Shown: positions 26,031-39,645 of the stretch, piece after piece
Layout of the letters: every line of letters begins with the position of its first letter
Numbering within the stretch: position 1 is the first letter of the stretch
NCBI RefSeq assembly: GCF_006345805.1
Contig: NC_043001.1
Location: 135,222,001 to 135,286,000, forward strand
Direction of reading: 5' to 3'
Source of the DNA: Octopus sinensis
Taxonomy: Eukaryota
Length of the DNA stretch: 64,000 nt
Translations under genes and position numbers: made by a program
The notes under the pieces: generated by a model
Databases searched by the model: none
Told to the model about the DNA's origin: nothing
What the model saw: the letters and a program-made list of their open reading frames with translations, nothing else

Positions 26031-26464
26031 ATAGCAAAATGTTTGAAATAAACAGACGATAATTTCTTAATTTTTCAGGATATGAGAAAATATTTAATTT
26101 CCTTTCACCTTGAAATAAAAAAAAAAGAAAAAGAAAAAAAAAAACCCCAAATTTTATCCAAATCAAAAGTGCATATTGTGTTCATCGATACTAATATTTA
26201 TTATCATGGGTCAAAGGTTAATTACAACACATGTTCTTCAACTGTTCACACAATACAGAGATTGACATCAGTCAATGGATCTCATTTTGGATTTAATGAT
26301 GATTATTCTAGCTGTTTGGTTTATGGAATTATATACTATATATTCCTTGTATTATGGTATAAGTAGCTGAGTATTCCACAGACATTTGCACCGTTAAATG
26401 TAAATCTGTGGTAGATTCAGTGGATATAGACTCTGTAATGTTTGACCTTTTGAACTACATATGT

Positions 26465-26793
26465 GAAGGTGCATGGCTCAGTGGTTAGAGTGCTGGGTTC
26501 ATAATCATGAGGTAATGAGTTTGATTTCTGGACTGGGCTGTGTTCTTGAGCAAGACACTTTATTTCACCTTGCTCCACTTCACTCAGTTGTAGAAATGAG
26601 TTGCGACATCACAGGTACCAAGCTGTATTGGCGTTTGCCTTTCCCATGGACAACATCAGTGGTGTGGAGTGGGGAGGCTGCTATGCATGGGTAACTACTG
26701 GTCTTCCACAAACAACCTTGCCTGGACTTGTGCCTCAGAAGGTAACTTTCTAGGTGCAATCCCATGGTCATTCATGACTGAAGGGGGTCTTTA
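26465..26793 (+). mobile_element. tRNA-derived SINE family D
   Basis: A box TGGCTCAGTGG, core ttcttgagcaagacactttatttcac, tail catgactgaagggggtct. Confidence 0.88.
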
Positions 26794-27534
26794 CCCTTTT
26801 ACCTTTGTAGTCCAAAAGATGACAAAGTCTCCTCAACACTACCACAGGCTTCTGCATAAACAACCACAGCACACATAGATAAATAGTGGGTCCCTGGATT
26901 CATGAAGCAACTGTTGTGTTGTTCCTATCCTTTATGATTGGCTTCCAAACACTTTACATCAACTCATCTTCACTCACAAAGTTTGGGTCAGCCTAAGGCT
27001 ATAGTGAAAACCACTTTCCTTAGGTGACACCATGTTTTTCTCACTATAATTTGGCAATTTATTATTGTGAAGCAAACTTCTTCCACCACAAAGTCCAGTC
27101 TGTGTTGTGATGTGGTGATTTGCATGTTTCAATGACCCTGAGAGTGATGCCAATGGAGTGCAAGCTCCTGGTAGAATCTCCCATGCTGGACAGGTCAGAG
27201 GTCAGATTAATATGGACCACCTTTTTCCAGAGGTAAAAGTGGGTTTCCATGGGGCCAACACCCCTATCTGGAAAAAAGCAAAATTACAGAATCATTGCTG
27301 TCAAGTCAAAACCAACAAGAACTGAAACCAAATAAGGAGGCAGAAGAGAGGACACCCCCAAAATAGCTGGAGAGAGCAGTCCATAGTCAAGATCAATGGA
27401 AAAAAAAGTAACTGATGGCCTACGCTCCATAGGGACTGAAGGGCTTAAGTAAAGTAAGAAGCAAACATTGTAAGCAATCAGCCAGTTATGGTATATTCTG
27501 TTGAGAACATAGTAGAGTATATATGCATATATAT

Positions 27535-27767
27535 ATTTCTTTACTACCCACAAGGGGCTAAACATAGAAGGGACAAACAAGAACAGACAAATGAATTTAA
27601 GTCGATTATGTCGACCCCAGTGCGTAACTGGTACTTAATTTATCGACTCCGAAAGGATGAAAGGGAAAGTCGACCTCGGCGGAATTTGAACTCGGAACAT
27701 AACGGTAGACGAAATACGGCTACGCATTTCACCCGGCCTGCTAACCGTTCTGCCAGCTCGCCGCCTT
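27535..27767 (-). mobile_element. SINE family B, full length
   Basis: Reverse complement of the 11046 copy. Confidence 0.9.
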
Positions 27768-28036
27768 AATGCCACTATATATATATACTCTTTTACTCTT
27801 TTATTTGTTTTAGTCATTTGACTGTGATCATGTTGGAGCACTGCCTCTGTGTGTGTGTGTGTGTGTGTGCATGTGTGTGTGTGTGTGTAATTGAAAACGT
27901 TCTGTTAAGAATGTAGTTGAGTACGTAGTCATCAGAAAATTAGTGTCCAACTCTACACCTTCTGTTGAATACAATTTTTTCTGAATCGTTAGCTCCTGCA
28001 CGCATTTTTTTTCTCTCCTTGTTTCTTTTCTGTGTA

Positions 28037-28074
28037 TCTTTCTGTTGAAGAGCATAGGCTCGAAACATAAAAGA
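28037..28074 (+). ncRNA. Minimal hammerhead-like motif with variant core (duplicated at 28676-28713)
   Basis: tcttt-CUGUUGA-A-GAGC atag GCUC-GAAA-ca-UA^aaaga. Confidence 0.4.
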
Positions 28075-28170
28075 CTTGTTTTATTTCTATTCCTGAGCGC
28101 CATACTAATACATTTCTTTGTTTGTACTTCACCTGCCTTCGTCTTTTGTTTATTTTCGTAAACCTTCCCG

Positions 28171-28203
<33 letters not shown>

Positions 28204-28286
28204 AACATAGACAGTGCCCCAGCATGGCTGCAGTCAAATGACTGGAACAAGTAAAATAGCAAAAGAGTATATATATGCAATATATA

Positions 28287-28474
28287 TGAGGGGGTGCTGA
28301 AAAGGTTTGGTGGAGGCCCAACCTTCCAAGTTCTTTTACAGGGCTTAGAAAAACTGAAGGGCCACTGCAATATGTATGTGAATCTGAGAGGGGAATATGT
28401 TGCATAAAATCATAATTAACTGATCCTCCAGTATTTTCTTTTACCCAAAGCCAGGACTTTTCAGCACCTCCTTG
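28287..28474 (+). mobile_element. Mariner-derived MITE (second copy 28928-29116)
   Basis: TIR-like gagggggtgctgaaaag / cttttcagcacctcc; copy 2 reads LQGLEKLKGHCNMYVNLRGEYVA*, like a mariner transposase C-terminus. Confidence 0.75.
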
Positions 28475-28809
28475 TGTGTTGTGTGTGTGTGGTGTGTGTG
28501 TGTGTGTGCATGTGTGTGTGTGTGTGTAATTGAAAACGTTCTGTTAAGAATGTAGTTGAGTACGTAGTCATCAGAAAATTAGTGTCCAACTCTACACCTT
28601 CTGTTGAATACAATTTTTTCTGAATCGTTAGCTCCTGCACGCATTTTTTTTCTCTCCTTGTTTCTTTTCTGTGTATCTTTCTGTTGAAGAGCATAGGCTC
28701 GAAACATAAAAGACTTGTTTTATTTCTATTCCTGAGCGCCATACTAATACATTTCTTTGTTTGTACTTCACCTGCCTTCGTCTTTTGTTTATTTTCGTAA
28801 ACCTTCCCG

Positions 28810-28844
<35 letters not shown>

Positions 28845-29113
28845 AACATAGACAGTGCCCCAGCATGGCTGCAGTCAAATGACTGGAACAAGTAAAATAG
28901 CAAAAGAGTATATATATGCAATATATATGAGGGGGTGCTGAAAAGGTTTGGTGGAGGCCCAACCTTCCAAGTTCTTTTACAGGGCTTAGAAAAACTGAAG
29001 GGCCACTGCAATATGTATGTGAATCTGAGAGGGGAATATGTTGCATAAAATCATAATTAACTGATCCTCCAGTATTTTCTTTTACCCAAAGCCAGGAACT
29101 TTTCAGCACCTCC

Positions 29114-29154
<41 letters not shown>

Positions 29155-29160
29155 CGCGTA

Positions 29161-29191
<31 letters not shown>

Positions 29192-29199
29192 GCGCACGC

Positions 29200-29560
29200 T
29201 TTTATTTTAATTCTCTCGCAGGAAGGCCTAGTATTGACAAGTCGTGTCCTGCCTTGCCTTCGAAACACGCTAAGTCTACTAGCGACAGCTGATGAAGGGG
29301 ATATTTCCTTGTGTAGTATGTCCTGTACCTTGTTTTTCTGTTGTAAATAATGTTTTTCCCGTTTTCGTTCTCATCCTGTTCCACGTCTCTGTCTTTCTGT
29401 TATAAAAAAATGGCTTTTCCGTTTTCGTTTCTGTTGAGTTCTACGTCTTTTTGTGGTGTCCTGTACGTATATTATTTATATTTATATATGCATGTATATA
29501 TACATGTAGATGTAGGTACGTACATATATGTTTGTATGTATGCATATATTTTATTTATTA
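29200..29560 (+). mobile_element. Putative PLE-like short repeat (related copy ~37860-38165)
   Basis: Shared ccttcgaaa...ctgaWgaagggga...ttccttgtg...gtcctgtac and tail atgcatgtatatatacatgtaga.gtaggtacgtacatatatg. Confidence 0.55.
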
Positions 29561-29602
<42 letters not shown>

Positions 29603-29701
29603 TCATCCCTTAACATCTATTTTCCATGCTGGCATGGGTTGGACAGTTTTACAGGAGCTGGCTACTGGCCAGGTTCCATGTCTGTTTTGACATGGTTTAT
29701 A

Positions 29702-30170
29702 CAGAGGCTGGACAAAATAATGGAAACACCTTAGAATTTCAAACAAATTTATTTTAATGTGGGGTAGGACTACCTTTGGCAGTAATTACAGCTTAAATTC
29801 TATGAGGTATGGACTCATACAAAGTTTAAATTGTTTCCAAAGGAATAATTTTTGTTCATTCTTCAGCTAAAACAGTCTCCAGTTCTTGTAGTGATGATGG
29901 TTGAGGATATCGACTCCTTACTTGTTTTTCCAAAATGCACCACAAATGTTCAATAATATTGAGATCTGGGGACTGTGGTGGCCAGATAAGATGTTCAACT
30001 TCACTAGAATGTTCTTCGTGCCATTCAGTAACAATCATCCTGAAAGATTGCGCTTCCTTCCAGAAACAGTTCTACAACCATAGGATGAATTTGATCAGAT
30101 AAAATGCTTAAATAGTCTTGACTATTAATCCTGCCGTGAAAGGAAACCATTGGGCCAGTGGATTTCCAAG
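29702..30170 (-). pseudogene. Tc1 DNA transposon remnant (one TIR plus DDE C-terminus)
   Basis: TA|cagaggctggacaaaataatggaaacacc; GRINSQDYLSIL...IFQDD, small deletion, WPPQSPDLNIIEHLW. Confidence 0.88.
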
Positions 30171-30171
30171 A

Positions 30172-30408
30172 TATATATGTATGTACACGTGTGTAAATGT
30201 TTGTGTGTCTGTGTTTGTCCCTCAACATCGCTTGACAATCGATGCTGGTGTGTTTATGTCCTCGTAACTTAGTGGTTCGGCAAAAGAGACCGATAGAATA
30301 AGTACTAGGCTTACAAAGAATAAGTCCTGGGGTTGATTTGCTCGACTAAAGGCAGTGCTCCAGCATGGCTGCAGTCAAATGATTGAAGCAAGTAAAAGAG
30401 TAAAAGAG
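30172..30408 (+). mobile_element. SINE family A 3' half truncating the Tc1 remnant
   Basis: Tail match. Confidence 0.85.
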
Positions 30409-31214
30409 ATACGTTTAGGGCTGTAACACATACACACACATGCATGCACACACATGCATGCACACACATGCATGCACACACATGCATGCACACACATGCA
30501 TGCACACACATGCATGCACACACTTGTATATCTTGTATCCATTTAGATTAATGCCTTTTGTTTCACTTTTACAGCTTCTTTGGTGGGGAGGGTAATGCCT
30601 TTAACCCTTGATATATCAGGGCTTCTGGAATTGGTGGAAAGAGGGAAGGAAGTTATCTTCAAAAACCAGAGACAAGTATATCTTTTATTCTTTAATTGTT
30701 TCAGTCATTAGATTGTGGCCATGCTGGGGCACCACATTGAAGAATTTTAATCGAATGAATCAAATCCAGTATTTATTTTTTTTAAAGTTTTGTATGGATT
30801 CTATTAGTTCCTTTTGCCAACTGCTAAGTTACAGGGATGTAAACACACCAACACCGGTTGTCAAATGGTGGTGAGGAACAAATACACACACACAGACACA
30901 CAGACACACACACACGCACACACACACACATCCATATACAATTAGATAAAAGTAGTTATGGCTGGTTTATGGGGTTACTCTGGGTTGCACATCCATAAAG
31001 CACTTAGCATTATGGTGTTTCTTCAAACCCTAATGGTTGCACCGGCCATTAAGGTCTGAAGAATCGTTGTAAAACTAAGCATTTATGGATGTGAAACCAG
31101 GGTAACTCCATAGATCGGCCATAACTATTTTTATCTAATTATTCTACTGCTTTATGACTTAGAGTATGCTTCTCTTTCAGATTTATGATTTACTGATGAT
31201 ACATATAAATATAA

Positions 31215-31520
31215 GTGGAGGCGCAATGGCCCAGTGGTTAGGGCAGCGGACTCGCGGTCGTAGGATCGCGGTTTCGATTCCCAGACCGGGCGTTGTGAGT
31301 GTTTATTGAGCGAAAACACCTAAAGCTCCACGAGGCTCCGGCAGGGGGTAGTGGCGATCCCTGCTGTACTCTTTCGCCAAAACTTTCTCTCACTCTTTCT
31401 TCTGTTGGCCTGCTCGCTTAACCAGCGGGGTGGCGTCATTCGAAGGCTAAAACAATGCGAACGCATTGTGACCAGCGATGTGTAACATCATCTGATGGTC
31501 TGGTCGGTCACGTGATCACA
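31215..31520 (+). mobile_element. SINE family C, tail type 2
   Basis: A and B boxes; tail ends ggtcggtcacgtgatcac. Confidence 0.9.
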
Positions 31521-31548
31521 TATAAATATATATATATATATATATTGT

Positions 31549-31886
31549 GAAGGTGCATAGCTCTGTGGTTAGCGCGTCGAGCTTACGATCGTGAGGTTGG
31601 GAGTTTGAATCCTGGACCGGGCTGCGTGTTGTGTTCTTGAGCAAGACACTTTATTTCACGTTGCTCCATTTCACTCAGCTGTAGAAATGAGTTGCGATGT
31701 CATAGATGCCAAGCTGAATCGGCCCCTTTGCCTTTCCCTTGGATAACACTGGTGGCGTGGAGAGGAGAGGCCGGTATACATGGGCAACTGCTGGTCTTCC
31801 ATAAAACAACCTAGCCTGGACTTGTGCCTGGGAGGGTAACTTTCCAGGTGCAATCCCATGGTCAGTCATGACCAAAGGGGGTCTCA
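31549..31886 (+). mobile_element. SINE family D
   Basis: Match to the 26465 copy. Confidence 0.88.
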
Positions 31887-32091
31887 GCAATATATATATA
31901 TATATATATATATTGGTAATTAGTAAGGGATTTCTCCAAATGTTTACTGGTTTGCTCACAGTTAGGTACTCAAAATAGGTTATTCAGCAGTTAGTATATA
32001 AATCTAATAATGATTTTCATAAGATAAGAATTTATATTCTGTTGGATAATTCTAAAGATATTACCTTAACCTTATAGGTTTCCAGGAGTAT

Positions 32092-32146
<55 letters not shown>

Positions 32147-32199
32147 TAATAATAATAATGATTATTAGGAAGTAGCATTAGCATTATCTTTAATTCCTT

Positions 32200-32455
32200 T
32201 ATCATCATCATCATCATTTAACGTCCGCTTTCCATGCTAGCATGGGTTGGACGATTTTGACTGAGGGCTGGCAAGCCAGATGGCTGCACCAGGCTCCAAT
32301 CTTGATCTGGCAGAGTTTCTACAGCTGGATGCCCTTCCTAACGCCAACCACTCCGAGAGTGTAGTGGCTGCTTTTTACGTGCCACCAGCACGGGGGCCAG
32401 TCAGGCGGTACTGGCAATGACCTTGCTCGAATGTTTTTACACATGCCAGTAAAGC

Positions 32456-32460
<5 letters not shown>
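32200..32460 (-). mobile_element. RTE 3'-tail fragment
   Basis: (CAT)n plus tail motif. Confidence 0.85.
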
Positions 32461-32505
<45 letters not shown>

Positions 32506-32608
32506 TTCAAATAGACCTACTCATGTTTATACTGCATTGATTTGTAACTGCTGCAATTTTAACAGTTACAAATTGATGCAATAGAAACATGTGTTGGTCT
32601 ATTTGAAG

Positions 32609-32646
<38 letters not shown>

Positions 32647-32701
32647 AAAAAGGAATTAAAGGTAATGCTAATGCTACTTCGTAATAAACCTTATTATTAT
32701 T

Positions 32702-33578
32702 ATGTAATGTCAATGTGCTTACTCGACAGAGTGTAAGTACCTTGAGAGAAAAGTTGGACCTAAGAAGCATCAGATGTGGTGTGCAAGAGAGACGACTGTG
32801 CTGGTATGGTCATGTGGCGAGAATGGATGTTGATAGCTGTGTGAAAAAGCGCCACACCCTAGCAGTTGAGGGAACCTGTGGAAGAGGTAGACCCAGGAAA
32901 CCTGGGATGAGGTGGTGAAGCATGACCTTCAAACATTGGGCCTCACCGAGGCAACGACTAGTGACCGGGACTTCTGGAAATATGCTGTGCTGCAGAAGAC
33001 TCGGCAAGCGCCTTGTGGCCTATGCTAGGGGGTGTAACTAGTCCACTTATGTGTGCCTTTTCTTCATTGGACACTAAATTCTGCTTGCAAAGACCTGTTG
33101 AGGCAAGTAAAATCGAAGTCGAAATCAAACTCGGTAACTGGCATCTGTTGCTAGTGGAGCGTTAAGAGTACCATACGAGTGAGATCGTTGCCAGAGCAAC
33201 AAGCTGGCCTTCGTGCCGGCGGGACGTTAAGTACACCATTCAAGCGTGATCGTTACCGTGTTGCCTTACGAGCACTTGTGCTGGTGGCACATGAAACATT
33301 CGAGCGAGGACGTCGCCAGTGCCGCTGGACTGGCTCCTGTGCAGGTGGTACGTAAAAAGCACCATTTGGGCATGGCCGTTGCCAGTACAACCGAACTGAC
33401 CCTCATGCTGGTGGCATGTAAAAGCACCTACTACACTCCCAGAGTGGTTGGCATTAGGAAGGGCTTCCAGCTGTAGAAACTCTGCCAGATCAGATTGGAG
33501 TCTGGTTCGCCAGACCTCAGTCAAATCGTCCAACCCATGCTAGCATGGAAAGCGGATGTTAAATGATGATGATGATGA
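32702..33578 (+). mobile_element. 5'-truncated RTE LINE (ORF C-terminus, 3' UTR, (GAT)n)
   Basis: STLREKLDLRSIRCGVQERRLCWYGHVARMD...GRGRPRK. Confidence 0.9.
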
Positions 33579-33604
33579 TTATTATTGTTATTATTTATAT
33601 TGTT

Positions 33605-33812
33605 TTATTCTTTTATTTGTTTCAGTCATTTGACTGTGGCCAGCACTAGTTTTAGTTGAAGAAATCACCCCCAGGACTTATTCTATCGTTATCTTTTGCT
33701 GAACCACTAGGTTACAGGGATGTAAACACACCAGCATCAGTTGTCAAGCGATGGTGGGGCGACAGATACACAAACACATAAAAACACACACACACACACA
33801 TATATAAGTATG

Positions 33813-33886
<74 letters not shown>

Positions 33887-34365
33887 GAGGCGCAATGGCC
33901 CAGTGGTTAGGGCAGCGGACTCGCGGTTGTAGGATCACTGTTTCGATTCCCAGACTGGGCGTTGTGTGTGTTTATTGAGCGAAAACACCTAAAAGCTCCA
34001 CGAGGCTCCGGCAGGGGGTGGTGATCCCTGCAGTACTCTTTCACCACTCTTTCTATCACTCTTTCGTCTGTTGGCCTGCTCGCTTAGCCAGCGAGGTGGT
34101 GTCATTCGAAGGCTAAAACAATGCGAACGCATTGTGACCAGCGATGTGTAACAACATCTGATGGTCTGGTCGGTCACGTGATCACGTGATATATATATAT
34201 ATACATATATATATATACGACGGGTTTTTTCAGTTTCCATGTATAAAATCCACTCACAAGGCTTTGGTCGGCCCAAGGCTATAGTAGAAGACACTTGCCC
34301 AAGGTGCCACGCAGTGGGACTGAACCCGGAACCATATGGTTGGGAAGCAAGCTACTTGCTACACA
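33605..34365 (-). mobile_element. SINE family A split by a family C insertion
   Basis: Tail at 33605-33780, head at 34217-34365. Confidence 0.85.
33884..34190 (+). mobile_element. SINE family C, tail type 2, nested in the family A microsatellite
   Basis: Match to the 31215 copy. Confidence 0.9.
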
Positions 34366-34446
34366 TGCCACCATCACCATCACCACTACACAACATGTCA
34401 AAAATAGTTGGTCATTTAAATTAAATTAAAAATTTTTTACTGATAG

Positions 34447-34482
<36 letters not shown>

Positions 34483-35200
34483 ATCATTACCACCTTGCCA
34501 CAACCATCACTGCTACCATCACATCCTCAATACCATCTATCATTACCATGACAACGACCTAGAAAGCCTTCTAGCAGCAGCAGCAGCAGCAGCAGCAGTT
34601 ATTTAGCCAGTCCTGGAGCTGGTGGTGAGTCAGATGACTAATATTTTATTATAGATTTTATTCTTTCATCTATATTTCAATCCCTTCTTCTTCTCCTCCT
34701 CCTCCTCATCCTCCTTCTCTATTTTGCTCCTCCTCCCTCTTCTTCTTCTTCTTATTCTTCTTCTCCCTCCATCTTTATGGTCCCAGTTGCACAATGACAC
34801 ATGTTGCTACTGTCTTGAAATCAATGTTTAGCAACAAGTCAACCCCTGAACCAGCTGATATGTGATGAAAAGTATTCCAGCCATGACCTTCCTATCAGTT
34901 TATTTGCTTTCCTTTTTCTTTTTTGTTCAGGAATATAATACCCCTGGATCACATTATCCAGTGTGTCCTTATATAAGAAAGCAAGGTACAAGTTGATGAA
35001 GATTTAACTGCCATTTCTAGCAAGTCAAGTGACCATGCTGCAGGTCCCTCTGTGTTGAGAGTGACTTACAGTCAACAGAAAACCTCTCCTCCACTGTTTA
35101 ACATTAATATCTACAACAGAATATTTGAGTTATGAAGTGAGCTTCTCTGGTGTCATTTAGTCAGCTAGAAATAGCAGCCAATTTACTCTTAAATCATGCC

Positions 35201-35665
35201 ATCATCATCATCATCATCGTCGTCGTCTTTTAATGTCCGCTTTCCATGCTAGCATGGGTTGGACGATTTGACTGAGGACTGGTGAACCAGATGGCTGCAC
35301 CAATCTCTAATTTTGATTTGGTAGAGTTTCTACAGCTGGATGCCCTTCCTAATGCCAACCATTCCGAGAGTGTAGTGGGTGCATTTACGTGCCACCGGCA
35401 TGAGGGCTAGTCAGGTGGTACTGGCAACGGTCACGGAAAATCGTGTTTTTTTTACATGTCACCTGCACACTAGCACAAGTGCCAGTAAGGCGACGCTGGT
35501 AACAATCACACTTGAATGGTGTATTTTACATGCCACTGGCACGAACGCCAGTTAGCTGCTCTGGCAACGATCACGCTCAGATGGTGCTCTTAGTGCTCCA
35601 CTAGCATGGATGCCAGTCATCGAATTTGATTTCGATTCTAATTTCACTTGCCTCAACAGGTCTTA
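35201..35665 (-). mobile_element. RTE 3' UTR fragment
   Basis: Reverse complement of ~33070-33578. Confidence 0.85.
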
Positions 35666-35907
35666 TCTTAAAAGAAAAACTCCAAAAATAAGAAAGGATA
35701 CATTATAGAATGTAGTTCTAGAGACCTTTATAAAATCAGGATGGTCATAACTGAAATAGCTTCTATTATAAATCTGCTTGACCAAACAACAGAATACTTT
35801 AATGGTCAATTAAACTTGCTAATTTATGAAAATTTATCAGACATACCAGAAAGCTCATTTTTTTTGCAAGTAATTATTTCCTTCCTCCAGTATAATTTTA
35901 GAATATC

Positions 35908-36140
35908 AAGGTGGCAAGCTGGCAGAAACGTTAGCACGCCGGGCAAAATGCTTAGCCGTATTTCGTCTGTCAGTTGTGTTCCGAGTTCAAATTCCGCCGA
36001 GGTCGACTTTGCCTTTTATCCTTTCAGGGTCGATAAATTAAGTACCAGTTATGCACTGGGGTCGATGTAATCGACTTAATCCCTTGTCTGTCCTTGTTTG
36101 TCCCCTCTATGTTTAGCCCCTTGTGGGTAGTAAAGAAATA
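35908..36140 (+). mobile_element. SINE family B, full length
   Basis: Family match. Confidence 0.9.
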
Positions 36141-36439
36141 TATATTTTTAGAATATCTCCTAACTCTGGATAGGCGGAGTCTCATACCCAAGTTTGGGGC
36201 CCAAATGAAAGCTAAATCTATTCCAATCTACCATAGGTAACACTTCCAGGTGGTCTGATACCTGTTCCCAAATGATAGGTGAATTAAAGTCATCTGGACT
36301 AAATAGTGTCTAGTTAAGAAACTTAGTGAACTAGTACTGTTAATAAATCTTGGATTTGTTTTTATTCTCTCCATTAATTCTACCCTTTTGTTACCATATT
36401 TTCATTGAAATAAACTACCTTCTTTTCAATTTAACAGTT

Positions 36440-36870
36440 CTTCCTGCAATGTAGTGAAACATGGGCTACCACAAAGAGAGAAGAGCAAAGACTGATAATG
36501 GCTCAAAGAGCCATGGAAAGGTCAATGCTTGGTATCTCGTTGAGAGAGCACATAAATAGCAACATCATCAGAAAGAAGTCCGGCGTGAGAGATGTCATCG
36601 CAGAGTATACTCGCAGCAAGTATAGATGGGCTGGACACGTCGCCCGGCTCACTGATAATCGGTGGACGCACGCAGTTGTCGAGTGGTATCCGCGTGAGCG
36701 GAAAAGACCACCCAGAAGACCTCCATGACGGTGGAGTGACGATTTCAAGAGGACGATTGGGATCACGTGGATGAGAAAGGTGCGATCCAGAGAGGAGTGG
36801 ACAGCGTGCTGTGACCAGCGGTGTCAAATGGACGCCTGACGGACTGGTCGGTCAAAGTGAAGTGAAAGTG
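36440..36870 (+). pseudogene. Second RTE-clade LINE, 3' end
   Basis: AQRAMERSMLGISLREH...RWAGHVARLTDNRWT...WYPRERKRPP; (AAGTG)n tail. Confidence 0.85.
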
Positions 36871-38640
36871 AATTTTGTCATTATTAACCTAGTGTTTTTC
36901 CATTGTGGTTGACTTTTCCTTTCATCTTTTCAGGGTCGATAAATTAAGTACCAGTTGTGTACTGTGGTCAATCTAATTGACTGCTCCCTGCTCCCCACAA
37001 ATTTCAGGCCCTGTGTCTACAGTAGAAAGGATTATTAACCTAGTGTTTGAAACCTAAATCAACATGAAATTTTGAACTGTTTCACCCCTAAAAGCTATTC
37101 AGAAGTTATAACTTATTTTCTTCATTACTTTTTCTTTTTTTTTTCCTTCTTACCCTTTGTTCTTGTTTCAGTCATTGGACTGTGGTCATGCTGGAGCACT
37201 GCACTGCCTTGAAGGGTTTAGTCAATGAAAATGATCCAGTACTTGTTGTAAGCTTAGCAATTATTTCAATGGTGGTTGGCATTAGGAAGGGCATCCAGCA
37301 GTAGAAACCATGCCCAAATCAAACTGGAGTCTGGTACAGCTCCCAAACTTGCCAGCTCTGGTCAAACTGTCCAACCCATGCCAGTATGGACAACGGACGT
37401 CAAATGATGATGATGATGATGTTTCTTTTTACTGGACTGTTAAGTTACTGGGATATACACAAACCAACACCAGACGTTAAGTGGTAGGAGACAAACACAA
37501 ATACACACACATACACTAATATGAAGGCATTAGTCAGTCCAAGGTTTGCGCAAGGTGCCCACAAACTGAGACTGAGCCTAAAAACCACATGATAGGTGGC
37601 TGCAAAGTGAACTTCTAAGCCACACAGTCTGCTTACTGTATTAACCCTTTTGATACCAACCCACTCTCTGTTTCTATGATATAAACTTCATGTTCAAAGT
37701 GATCCAAATTATATATATATATATATAGATATATATATATATTTATCTTGTCTTGTTATTCTCCTTGTCCTGTCTTTTACTGTTTATATTTTGTACTGTC
37801 ATTACTGTCCTGTTTTTGTTACCATTTTTACCCCTCCACAAAAAGATCTCAAATTTTATTTAATTTGCTTTTCACGGTAAGGAAAGTTTCTATCAAAGAT
37901 GCGTATCGCCTTCACCTTCGAAATGCAGAGTAGATGAAACCATGGCGACTGAAGAAGGGGAATTTTCCTTGTGTTATTTGTCCTGTACTCTATTTTTTCG
38001 TTGCTTAAGAAAAATGTCCAGTTCCTTGGTTTTGTGTCTATGTTTTCGTTTCTCATTGCGTTCAACGTTTTTTGGGTGTCCTGTACCCATATATGCATGT
38101 ATATATACATGTAGAGGTAGGTACGTACATATATGTATGTATATATGCATATGTTTTATTTATTAATTTATTATATATATATAAGGATCAAATGCCAAGG
38201 CTCATAAGAATGGTTTTCTGGATTCCGTAGTGTGTATATTCTCTACCTGGGTGGGATGTGGGATGCTAGTCCATTGCAGGATTGCTCAATTTGACCAGTT
38301 CAGTGGACTGGAACAATGTGAAATTAAATGTTTTGTGCAAGACCACAATACACCACCTGGTCCAGGAATTGAAACCTCAATCATACAATCATAAGTGCAA
38401 TGCCCTAACCACTATGCCACATGCCTCCACTACACACACTTACATACATGTACATACATACACACACACATAAACATACATACATATACACATCTACATA
38501 CTAATGTATATATATATATATATATATTCAATAATAAAGTGATTGTTTCTTATCAGGAACAAAATATTTAATAGGACTGCTATAGAGTGCTCAATTAAAT
38601 GAGACAAATATATATTATATTTGTTTGTTCTGCAACCATG

Positions 38641-38690
<50 letters not shown>

Positions 38691-38696
<6 letters not shown>

Positions 38697-38884
38697 ATCC
38701 AAACAAGAAAGCACAAAAAACACAACGCGAGGACATGGAACAAATATAGTATTATTGGACACTCAGGAAAGAAGGAGGGTTTAACATTTCAAGTGGAGCT
38801 CTTCGTCAGAAACATAGGAGAAGGAAAGATCCAGAGAAGGGAAGACAGAGGAAAAAAAATCGCCAACGGTACACACGTGGTAAC
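38691..38884 (-). mobile_element. Short PLE-like repeat with hammerhead-like motif at 38779-38813
   Basis: gttt-CUGACGA-A-gagctccactt-GAAA-tg-UU^aaac; same family as 53977-54155. Confidence 0.6.
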
Positions 38885-39377
38885 AACATATATATATATA
38901 TATATATATGTACATACATATATATAACATATACATACATGTGTGTGTGTGTGCATGTGAGTATTGTTTTTGTGTTTGCATATCCTGATATTGTGTGATA
39001 GTTGTAAATGATTGCCACTGTCATAAAAGCAGTGTCATTCTCTTCCAACATTTCGTGGGAACGTCTGTTTATGGGGAAATATTACTTTGCTTGGAAACAG
39101 GTCAAGGTTGGCAACAACAAGAGCATCTGTCTGTAGAAAATCTGCCTCGATAAAATCTCTGTCTGACCCTTGCAAACATGGAAGAGTGGAAACTACAATG
39201 ATAGGAATGACGACAAATAAACTCTTCACTCTTCGTAACAACCAAACCTATTGATACTCAACAAACTCCCTTCTGTTCATATCATTATTGCCTATCCATT
39301 ATTGCCTTCACCAACTAATTTCACAAATATAAAATTGTTGACTGAAGAAGAGCTCTTTCTGACATCTGAAACAGTTG

Positions 39378-39597
39378 ATACTCTTTTACTTGTTTCAGTC
39401 ATTTGACTGTGGCCATGCTGGAGCATTGCCTTTTAGTCGAGCAAATCAACCCCAGGGCTTATTCTTTGTAAGCCTAGTACTTATTCTAATTGGTCTCTTT
39501 TGCCGAACCGCTAAGTTATGGAGACATGAACACACCAGCATCAGTTGTCAAGTGATGTTGGGGGGATAAACACAGACACACAAACATATACACACAC

Positions 39598-39645
<48 letters not shown>

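Larger units (their letters stand above)
27849..29116. repeat. ~640-bp near-identical tandem duplication
   Basis: Units ~27849-28474 and ~28490-29116 differ by microsatellite length and single-base homopolymer indels. Confidence 0.93.

Noticed and set aside
29245-29310. Permuted (type II) hammerhead from ccttcGAAA...CUGAUGAagggg (also ~37915-37960)
   Set aside because: No U16.1-H17 site, no proper helix III or helix I, and GAAGG would pair over G8-A9.
39330-39380. CUGAAGA...GAAA hammerhead-like spacing
   Set aside because: Helix I cannot be formed and helix II is only 3 bp.
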